Positions 22,030 through 32,363 of a DNA stretch of 64,000 nt are shown one piece after another. The position numbers were made by a program, and so were the translations under genes. The stretch is from Neoechinorhynchus agilis (lineage: Eukaryota; Animalia; Acanthocephala), in assembly GCA_051530055.1 (NCBI GenBank), contig CM121341.1, positions 10,890,784 to 10,954,783 on the forward strand. The letters run 5' to 3'. The notes beneath the pieces are model-generated. The model did no database searches. It had not been told where the DNA came from and worked only from the letters and a program-made list of their open reading frames with translations. The stretch's first letter is position 1; every line of letters starts with the position of its first letter.

Positions 22030-24840
22030 TCAATGGTGATGATTGCTTGCCTTCAATATTGAGAGAATTTATATTTTAAAAAGCTCATCTTTTAAACAAA
22101 GAAGCAATGTGGGTTTAAGATCAGCCCCAATGAAGGTCTGTATACCACCAGCGAAACCAATGTATTGATTGGTTAGAGCGGTGGATGGGTCTAATATGAA
22201 ACCTCTATAATCCGAAGATAAAATATATGGCAATGAGCCTGCTTCTTGGAAACACAAAATATCAATTGGTTCCTTTATTAACGTGTTCAAAAGATTAGAG
22301 GGTAGCATGTGAACCCTAGACGCATTATAGGTGAGAAATGAAAAACTGGGAATGCTATTCATCAGGTCCGAAATTCCTGCTCCTCTTAGGAGTCGCATTC
22401 CTGTCAGAAGGAGAGTGTTCCCTCTTTGTCTTACTGAGAAGTGGGGACGCGGATTGGATCAATTCTAACATATTCTGTAGGGGGGACCGAGACTGACCCG
22501 TTTCCTGATTAGTGTTGCAGAATGCGTTGAGAATTTCAATAATCCATTTAATGATTTTTTAACATTTCGTTTTCCTCCATTACATCAACATCAGCAGGAG
22601 GGTAATTTTGCATCAAAGGTTGTATTGACGTTGGGGGGAATACTAATCTGCTGATCTACCGAACCCGAATATTTGGGGTGACCGCATTGTGGTTGTGTGG
22701 GGATTTGGGTTCCGGTACTATTTTTATAGTGAAAGTGTTCGGCGTAGACTTTCGCTGGAGGACTATAGATTGAATAGGGGTCTCTTGTATGCCTCCTCAA
22801 AGTAATTCCTAGCTGCGGCGCACGATTTTGAGAAAGCGGGGTGAGAACCAAATCAGTTGGCGCATTTCACTTTTGAGTTGTTAGTACAATCCTGCTTCAA
22901 ATGAGGGCCAGCACAAATTAAACATCGGGGCTCATAACCACAAGAAGAGGCTTTGTGACCCCATCGACCGCATTTCTGACAGATAATCAGGTTGAAATCG
23001 TATAAAGAGGGTCGAATCAATGAAAAGGTAACCCAATGAGAAAACAATCCTAGACCCGACCCACTTAATCGTTCAGCAACATTGATTGGCGCAGAACAAA
23101 GTATCGCGTATGACTGTGAGTTCGGGAATTTGGACAAGTATTTTATCCCTTTAAAGTGGTATGTCTTTTCTGTGTGCGAAATCCTCTTTTGAAAGATCTG
23201 TGGGTGGATTAAACATTAAAAAAGTGACTGTTCTAGATTTGTCTGTTACTTTTATTTTAAACTCATGCAGCGTGTTAACAAACATTTCTTTGCCATAATA
23301 TGGAAAAAAAGAAAGTTGAAGCAAATTTCCTATTAAATGGTTTTTTATGTTGTATTTGATATTATTTCCGAGTCCTTTGGGGTTCATATATTTCTGGAAA
23401 AAGGTTTTAGATAGGGACGAAGGGGTGTGGATTCCCATGTCTTCTTTTGCAACTTTAATCATATAGTCCTTACGAATGGGGCGGTCTAAACTTTTGGGAA
23501 TGACAGCTGAGAGGTGGAAAAGCTTTGAGGGAGTAGAAATGTTGGCACAATCACTCAAAACTTCACTGCGGTTTCCTTTGGAGGTATCCAAAAATTTACG
23601 GCAGGATAAGGCGTGTGTTGAACGGAAAATAACTTATTTATTGTTTGTCGGGCTGGAAATATCCGGTAAGGGAGAGGTGATTTTAGTGAAAGAAAGCGTT
23701 TGGAGATGTAGGCGGAGGCAGTGTCACGAAGGCGAAAGCTAACTTTTAGAAGGCGTGGACGAGAGTCAGCTGGATTTTTTGATGGGATGCGGTGAGCAGA
23801 TACAGGTGCCCAAAGGTTGTTATAAGGGAAGAGCGTACGGGTAATTTCATTGAGATGTAGCAGATTGTGTTTCAACGCATTGAAACGGCTAGAAATTGGA
23901 CATTCAGTAACTTCAGGAAATTCAGAAATACCGGAGATGAAGAGATCGTGGTGTTGGGCGGAGCCAGGGAGAAGGCCGGATGTGTTAGGAACAACCCTCG
24001 ATTTGTTAGGCGGACGATTTTGTGGTGCGCGAGAAGATTTCGGCGAGGGAGGTGTTATCTCCGGTAAAATCTGCTGAGAGGGAGGCTGAAGGGTAGACGT
24101 GGTTGAGAAGCAAGCGTAGTCTTGAAAGGACGGAAGTCGACAAGCGGAATAAGAAGGAGCTGCGCGAAGGGTGGATGTGAGGGAGGTAATATGAGTCTGA
24201 ACCGGAGGTTTGATAATCGGGATTGAGTTAGGTCTAGGGTCCAGAGACGATTTATCATTTCCGGATGTGGACGGCATGTTTGGGTTGTCACAAAATAGTT
24301 GCTTGGCCATGTACGGAAACAGGTCACGCTCTTTGTCATTAATTAGATGTGAAATTAACATGCTGCTGGGAGCTGGTAAGGGATCGTTGACAATTGTTTG
24401 GTTGTGTTTTGTAGATATACTCAGTTGAGTGGGGAAGTGTTATGACGGGTGAAACGGGAGGAAAGAGATCGGGGTGGTGGAATGATTCTGGTGATGGGCC
24501 GTTGTTGGGTATCAGATCGGGAGAAATCTGTGTGATGGCTTCTGTTGTGATGTTCAAAGGCATGGTAGAAGTTGATGTTTCGAGGTTAGCGTCGATCGCG
24601 GTCGAACGTGCCCTGTTGATAACTCCGAAAGGCATTCCAAACGGTATTCGATCTGGTGCAAATTTGATCAGCAGCTTGGCGCAGCTGAACCCACTTATAA
24701 AGAACGGGCACGGATCTGGGATGTGCGTTGGGGCGATGAGGGTTGTTATCGAGCACCCTTGGCACGAGCAGGTGATTCTCTTAGAAGCTGGGTTACGGGA
24801 CTTTTTACCAGCCATGAAGGTGAGCGCGGCGATGAAGATT
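22030..24840 (-). mobile_element. Subtype-1 non-LTR copy D: two extra 5' ORFs, gag with Zn knuckles, APE N-terminus
   Basis: CQKCGRWGH..CLICAGPH..KCAN; ILCFQEAG..IGFAGGIQ (matches APE of A); DLFISGISE..RPRLLKVSF ORF1-like domain. Confidence 0.75.
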
Positions 24841-24849
24841 TAATTGTAT

Positions 24850-25490
24850 CGCCAATTGTTTTCGACTTTTGAGGACGTTCACGCGAGAGAGGATGGTGAC
24901 GAGAGAGATGGAGCGTTTAAGCATTTGGTTTTTTCGTTGGAAATCTAATAATGTATTCAGAGGAAAATTCCAGTAATCCTGGAAAGTCAGTTCATACCGT
25001 GATAAAAGAGATTATCCAATACTTTACCTACGATGCCCGGTCTACCAACATATTAATCACTTTTGATATCACAAAAGCCTGTGATAACGTCGGATTGGAC
25101 TGTTTAGTTTTTCCTATAACATCATCGCTCGGGTTAACAACAATCTGAGGTCCAAGCGCTTTTATTTCCAAGATGATTTACAAAAGTGCTTTTTCTACCC
25201 AACTATAGGCGCCCCTGAAAGATCACCGCTTTCACCTATCCTCTTTGTCATGGTAACACAGTTTATTGTGCAGAATTGAATACTTCGCCCTTGTTTGACT
25301 TTGTATGCGGATGATCTCACTGTAGTGGTAAAGGAATCAAACTACGATGCTGCAATAGCGACATTAGATTCTTTTTGTACCTTCTTTACATGAATCTGTT
25401 AAACGAATGGGCCAATTTATTCTCAAATCTAAATCACATAGGGCAAAAGGAAAGTTAGAGATATCCTCGCCAAGTATATTTTTAAATCTG
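24850..25490 (+). pseudogene. Subtype-2 RT core (copy F), decayed
   Basis: PGKSVHT, TFDITKACD, GAPERSPLSPILF, LYADDLTVV. Confidence 0.8.
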
Positions 25491-25719
25491 GTATACGAAA
25501 TCGTTCGTCGGCATTATTTGACAAAGCAACTGGGTACAAGATTCATGAATAATAAGGACATTGATTTCTCCAGTGTGCTCCTGGAAACATGTGCAAGATC
25601 GATTGCAACTAATGAAGATCTTTGTCAATTGGTTTAATCTTTAATGAATCTAAATGTTGTAAAAATTGATTGTCCCATAATATGTTGACAAAAAGGTGAT
25701 TTTATTGGTAAAAAATATA

Positions 25720-26070
25720 CACAACGTATATAATATTTCCACCTCAACGTGGGTCTTCTTCAGATATAAAAATTAGATGTGGAGAATTTATGTAATCCTC
25801 ATTTTGAGGATATAATCAGGCTGGTTGCCTTCCATTGTTTCGTTATTTTTAATATAGACCGCTTCAGTTATGATACGAGTGTATCGGTCGTCGCTACGGC
25901 CCAATATTTTTGTGTCATTAAAATCGATTGAGTGTCCTGTGTTATCTACATGATTCACTATCGCAGAATTTTTATCTTGCCTCCTCAATGCGTATTTGTG
26001 CTCATAAGTTTTGCGAGCAACATTATCCGTTTGTCCGTATAGGACCTGTTGCAGTCTGTGCATGGTATGC
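25720..26070 (-). mobile_element. Penelope-like element 3' end (GIY-YIG fragment plus pLTR)
   Basis: YGQT..EHK..KNSAIVNHV..GHSIDF..ILG..RIITEAVYI. Confidence 0.8.
25725..25770 (-). ncRNA. Minimal type I hammerhead, PLE-associated, slightly degenerate
   Basis: TATAT-CTGAAGA-A-GACC-CACGTTGA-GGTG-GAAA-TATT-ATATA. Confidence 0.6.
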
Positions 26071-26349
26071 TATAAGCCACGCCATGTGGTGGGTCACCCT
26101 TCGCAGAACTTATGAAAGCATCGAGGGTCTTTTGTTGTTTGGTGTAAGTTATTGCTTTAATTCCTTTTAGTCAATACGCATTCACTATTTTTGAGTTCAA
26201 ATTTTTGTGCCATTTTTCATTTACATAAGGGATGTTTATTTATCGTTTTTCCTCATACGATCTCTGTGTTGATCTTCTATTCCAGTAACTCTTGCCTTGA
26301 ACGCAGCGTGTAATTTGTTTCTGAGGATGTCCACTATTTTTAAAAAGAT

Positions 26350-27090
26350 TTTTTTAAAATTAAGCTCGAATTTACCAAGAATATTACCCAGAGATCAAAG
26401 AAGAGCGTCAATATAAATCTCGACCGATTGGAAGACTGGTTTCAGCCAAATTGAGCGTTGGGGATATTCGTGGAGCGGTGCGCATTCTGTCGTCTGATGA
26501 ATCTTTCTGTCATGACATCCCTGAAACTCTAATTTTATTACAAGAGAGACATCCACGCACGGACGGAAATATCGCCTTGCCTTTTAACTCAACAACTCCG
26601 CCGGATACGAATACTTTGACCTCTATTGATGAGATGAAACGGAGCATTTCCTCCTTTTCTAACGGATCCGGGCATGATTTAGATGGTCTACGTCCTCAAC
26701 ACCTAAAGGACTTGATGTCCTTTACAGCCAGAACTGGAGCTATCTCTCTCGAAAATTCACTTATCAAACTTATCGATCGATTCACAATGGGCGGTCTCAG
26801 TAAAGTTTGTCAGCAGCCCTTTTTCTCAGCTTCCTTGTGTGCTTTATCGAAAAACGATGGAGGTGTTCGACCCATTGCAATAGGCTGTGCACTTCGTAGA
26901 CTTGCAGCTAAAGTTCTATGTAAACGATTCACAGACAAGATAGGCGCACAACTACGACCTGTACAACTTGGTTGTTGTACTTCGTGTGGTGCCGAAGCGA
27001 TCGTTCATGCTCTTCGTAATTATATTGAAAATTCGACCTCGCCAAGTGTTGTGCTTAAACTCGACTTCAAAAACGCTTTCACAGGAAATG
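26350..27090 (+). mobile_element. CRE-clade-like non-LTR RT fragment
   Basis: DGLRPQHLKDL, VRPIAIGCALRRLAAK, QLG..GAEAIVHA, LKLDFKNAF. Confidence 0.75.
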
Positions 27091-27382
27091 AACGGAGGAA
27101 AGGCCGACCTCACAAGCTCTCCAACAAACAGTTACCGCCCATCCGCACCCGACCGGATATTCCCATCCGAGCGGACTTCCTCTGAGTGGATCTTCCCACT
27201 CTACCAAAACAGTAATATACTCAATAATCAACATCCGCATTCTTTGAAGAACTATGAACTCGAGCGCTTATGAGGACCCAAAGGTACATGGGTCCTATTC
27301 CTTGTATTTTAACAAATAAACGTTTTATTATTATATCCGTGCGCCATATTTTTACAAAATAAAATGCAGATCTCACGGTTCC

Positions 27383-28786
27383 GTGTCTAATAACTCAATG
27401 AGCTGCTCGCCGAAAATCTTCGCTGCTATTAGCGAAGTGATTAAATTTTTATTTTTTTCAAAATTAAAATTTACAAAACTAGATTTTGATGATCTTCTTC
27501 ATATTAATATAGTGAAGGAAGTCTTTTTACCGAAAACCAAGGGTATTATTTCAAAACCGGCTCATATTAGAGTAATTTCAATTCAGAATCCTATAATCTC
27601 TTGCATAGAAAGAGTCGTAAATAGACTTTTATACAGGTTTTTGGAAACTAAGAAGCTTATTCCTTCTTACTTCCATGGTTTTATCAAAGGTAAAGGCGTT
27701 AACACTTTACTTGATACCCTTAACTGTATGAACAATATTAAATTTGTTCAAAAAATTCTTATTCAGCTTGACCTGAACAAAGCATTTGATGCTTTGGATA
27801 GAACCTTTTTATACAAAGCTCTTGAGGAGCTAAAAATTCCTATGAATCTTATATATAAAATTAATTCCTTACTTGAATCAAAGTCCTTTTATTATGAGGT
27901 GGATCCCTCAAAAACCAAATTCTTTTCCCGTTTGGGGGTCCCCCAAGGCTCTCCACTATCCCCTACTCTTTTCCTTATCTGCCTTATTTTTATCTTTAAG
28001 AAATTGAAACTACCCAGGGGTATCTTTCCTCTTATATATGCAGACGATATCTTTCTCTTCTGCAAGGCCAGGTCTTGTCCCTCTCTTTTATGCAACATTC
28101 AAGCAGCTCTGAGTACCCTTAGCTCAGAGTTGAAATTGGCTAATCTAGCCATCAATGCCAATAAAACCTTTTTTATCCCCATCACTAACTCGCTCTCGTC
28201 TAGGAAAGTTTTAATCAATAATTTAATTAAATACCACAATTTTAACTCCTCCAACATTTAGAAATTTACCAGGGTTCTAGGAATCTACTTCCCCTCCAAG
28301 ACATTTAGATTTTTAATTAATTCTTCGATTAATAATACCTTTCTAAAAATCAAATGTGTTCTGAATAGAGCCAAACATCTTGATTTGAATTTTAACATTA
28401 TATTTCCCGTCCTAAAAACTCTCATAGGAGGTTCTATCTGTTTTTTCGGGAGAGGTCGCCCTCCCGAACTTAGTTTCGCCTTCTTCTTTAGATGTTTTAA
28501 TAAGCTTCATAAACTTTTATCAAATTATAATCTTATTCATGAGCCTCTTTTATCTTTCCTCTCACGCTTATTTTTGGGAAAAATCTTTTTCTCTTCATTT
28601 TCTGATAAAGGTAAGTTCTTTATATCTAATGAACAAGTATTCTACTTTCCCTCTCCTTCTAACCCCAACTTCAGCGCACAATGCTCCCACACAATTCGAT
28701 TGGAATTCAATGATGCACACACTTTTTTTACAATGAGCAATTTCTTAATGGATAAGGATAGGAAAAGGTTAATGGCAAGAAAGTAA
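27383..28786 (+). pseudogene. Subtype-1 RT (copy C), one stop near 28260
   Basis: FHGFIKGKG, QLDLNKAFD, GVPQGSPLSP, YADD, GRGRPPE. Confidence 0.88.
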
Positions 28787-28966
28787 TACTACCAGGATAA
28801 AAGATTAATCTGGTCTTTTGGTCCTCCGAGGTGGTCTGAGATCGACCTAATACCTGAGGTTCAATAGAGCAGACGAAGGACCAACGATAACTTCTAGACT
28901 AACGAAAAACCCTAATTGTTATCTTACTAGTTGCATGGTCGTGTTAAATAAATAAAATAAGTTGCG

Positions 28967-30100
28967 GTGGAGGGTGGCGAACGGCCACAAAATGTTCTGA
29001 GAATTCCCGTGCCTCAGAAAATTCGGAGTCAACTTCTCAAGAATCAAAATAGTAAACATTTCGTGGAGGTGCCTTTTAAAAGATGGCACAACACGATAAA
29101 AATCGAAGCAAATCCAATACAACTCAGAGAAGAGCTACACAGACGTTATCTGGCGCCGTGGCTCAAATCGTTTAAGGATGATATCCATCGCATTTCATCT
29201 ATCTGCTATTTCGGAGGAATATTGAAAATCAGGTTTATAGCAGCGGATTTTATGAAGGCTTATCCGACTTTCATAAAGAAAAACTGCAACCTTGCAGGTG
29301 TGACAATTTCGAACACAAGTTATGAATCAACCTTTATCGTTTCTGGGCTCTCTCCAGATATTGATGATGCAGATAAGATAGCGTTCGAGGAAAAATTCGG
29401 AGTCAAATTGCTCTTTTTCCTCAAGTCATCAAGAACGGGGAAGTTTATTCCCAAAGCTATTGTAAAAGCTGCGGTCGAACGGAGGGACGCACTATGCACT
29501 GAGCGATCCTTCTTCCAATCCATGGAGGTTAAATTTACTTCGAATGAGATTTCGCGTTACGGCGACTATTACTTTCCTCGGTGCAGTTTGTGTCAATGTT
29601 GGGGACATTGGGAGCAGAGGAGCCCGTCCAAGGTCACGCGATGCGCTTTTTGTGGCCAAGATCACCACAGTACCAAATGTGACAAAAAGAAAAGGCACTG
29701 CTCAAACTGCGATCGAGATGGACATTATGCGTTCTCGAAGAATTGTGAAGCATTTAAGGAGTATGTTGTGTGGGCGAGACTGCTTGGATCCAAGGGAAAT
29801 AATTCATCCGACACTCGAGTTGCCCAGAATAGTTGGAATACGACAAAGGACAAACCCATACCATAAAAACATACCCAAGGCAACAACCGGGTACATCCAT
29901 AGATGTTAATAATCTACGAACGACCTATGATGACACCTCGGAAAAAAGTTTGCTGATTTCTCCGCTAAAATCCTCGACATGGTCGATCTACGAATTACCG
30001 TGGCCATTCAGGGTCTTGAGAGGAGACTGTCTACCCAGTTAAACGGTCTCATCGAAACTCTCTCGACAAAATTCAAAGATATTCAGATTGCGAAAGGGGT
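28967..30100 (+). CDS. Subtype-2 gag-like ORF1 (ORF 28967-29866 plus frameshifted coiled-coil tail)
   Basis: CSLCQCWGHW..CAFCGQDHHSTKC..CSNCDRDGHYAFSKNC. Confidence 0.8.
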
Positions 30101-30136
30101 AGCTCCAGCACAAAATCTCATAAAGGGTAGGTCTCA

Positions 30137-30870
30137 GTGGAATTGAGAATTGCGCAGTGGAACGCAGGCGGGCTTCTGGGCATTGCTGGACTTTTGTCTG
30201 ATGCACAGAGAAGTGATATTACTTTTATCCAGGAAACTAAGTCGCTGTACTCTCTTAACAACCTCCCGAATAGTTTTAATATTTTATCTAGTGAATACTC
30301 TTTATTTTGTACAAAACCCCTTTTAAACTACTCTCAATGCTTATTATCCATTTTTAAAACGTGCCTCAAACCAACCCTAATTTCCGAGTTTACTTCCCCA
30401 GATTTGTCTTACGCTTTATTTTCAATACGTTTCTTGGGGAGGATATTGCTCTTAGGTAATTTCTATATTAAACCTAGGAAAATACACCTCACTCATAATA
30501 AAGATCTTATAAAAAATGTTTTAGCGTCCGGAATTGATTTTTGCTTCGGAGATTTCAACGACCCTTCTCACAGATGGATAAAGGCCATTTTACGTTCGGA
30601 TGATACCCATGACCTTATTGTCCCTGCGGATCCCACGTTTACCGACGACAGGTCTCATTCTTTTCTAGACTTTTCTTGCTCGAAGTAACTCATTCGTTAA
30701 ACCCAAACTGATTTCTCAATCATCAATTTTCCGTATTGCTGGACACGATATCTTAGTGTGAGAATTGGGACGGAATATTCTTTTGCGCCGTAAATTTAAA
30801 TTTAGTACACTTAACATCAACATCTTTAACGCTGCCATAAATTTTGCTTTGACTTTTGGCGCTATTGATC
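30137..30870 (+). pseudogene. Subtype-2 APE endonuclease
   Basis: IAQWNAGG, FIQET, GNFY, GDFN, PTF..SFLD, GHD. Confidence 0.8.
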
Positions 30871-30873
30871 AGC

Positions 30874-31999
30874 ACATACTCAAATTGCGACTATGCTTTA
30901 TTTTAGAAAAAATTATGAAACTATCACGCCTATCGATTACTGTATTACGTTCAATTTCCACTCTCGCTCGACCGTCCTTGTCTATTGCGTCTTCTACTGT
31001 GGTGCTTTTTTCGTCTTGGTTTCTCGTCATTATTTTCATTGAAGCGATTTGCGCTCCGATCGCAGTAGTCGTTAACGTATTTTGTAATAATATCGGCATT
31101 TTTATTACCTTCCGCCGTACCGAGTATTCTAGAATTGTGAGCAACTTCAAGGAGATAATGCATGCAAAGTTCCTCATTTTTCAAAAGATCGACGAATATA
31201 CCCTTATAAAACTGCAAACAAAGTCCAATGAGACTGGAATTCACGAACCCATTGAAGACTCTTGGCGCAAAATTGTTTTGTTGATTCTCTTGGATTTTGT
31301 AATTAAATTGTGGCATCGCTTGAAATGAATATTGTTGATCACAAGGATGGAAGTATGATCTCGGATGAGTAAGGGCTTCCGGCATCGTAACGTTTGTCAT
31401 TGAAGGCGGATATAGCACCAAATAAGGATTACGAAAATGCATCGGCGAGAGATTGTGAGTCTAAGAACCCATCAACCGGGGAAATAGGCGGAACATAAAC
31501 AAATAATTAGAGCGTAACATTGAAATGTTTTGTAAACAACTCGATTTGCTTTCCGGCAAATTACGGTATTTATCAGCAAATGTCCGTATTCGAGTGAACC
31601 CAAAGAATTAGTTGGCCTTTCTAAAGCGCTGTTTTAATTAAAAAAGCAAAAGATATGTGCATGGGATTGGCTTCAGTATTTTTCACGAGAAATAAAGTTA
31701 ATTTCAAATCCCAGTAGTCTACGAGATTTTTAACTAGCAAATTCTATAACCGATTTAAATCGGATTTCATCAAAACTTAAACTTTGGTCACTACGTTGCG
31801 TCCTAACGAATTGGATTTTAGACGTCGAAACGTTGCTAATAAAATTTATAATTGCAATAGCTTGATTACTTAGTCACGAAAATTGACATTGAACTGAATC
31901 CTGCGAGATCACTCTGCACCTGTTACATCTTCTAGGAAGCTCTATTTTTGACTCAAATGTGAAAAAAGAGATTGCCAATCTTCAACTGCAAGTTTCGGT
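30874..31999 (-). repeat. Dispersed repeat R, copy 3 (intact 163-aa ORF 30951-31442)
   Basis: High identity to copies 1 and 2. Confidence 0.9.
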
Positions 32000-32363
32000 G
32001 CTGTGTGAACGAACTAATGAATTATCCTAACACGAGGCTCTGCTTCTGATGCATACATAAGATTTATTTGAAGGAAGACATTGGATGATTAACCGACATA
32101 ATTTATGTGTAGGAATAATTATAATTCGATAGTAATAAAGTTATATCATCGCTGTCCATTTAAGCGCTTGTTTCCAGGAGTAAGGGAGTTTGCCCAGAGC
32201 CTCTAGGAAAGTGATAATGTACTTTAATCGTTATTCGGGGGTCTTCTTCTAGAGTAAAAAACTAGGCCCGAGATTGCCCAAGAGTTCCAAATCCTTTTGG
32301 TATCATGAGAGCAGAGTCTAAGTTTAAAAGCTCTTCTAGAAATCCATATCCACTAATTGGCCA

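Noticed and set aside
27252-27300. CTTATGA-GGACCCA...TGGGTCC hammerhead-like start (similar words at 59264-59290)
   Set aside because: Stem II is followed by TATT rather than GAAA, and no stem I/III partners were found
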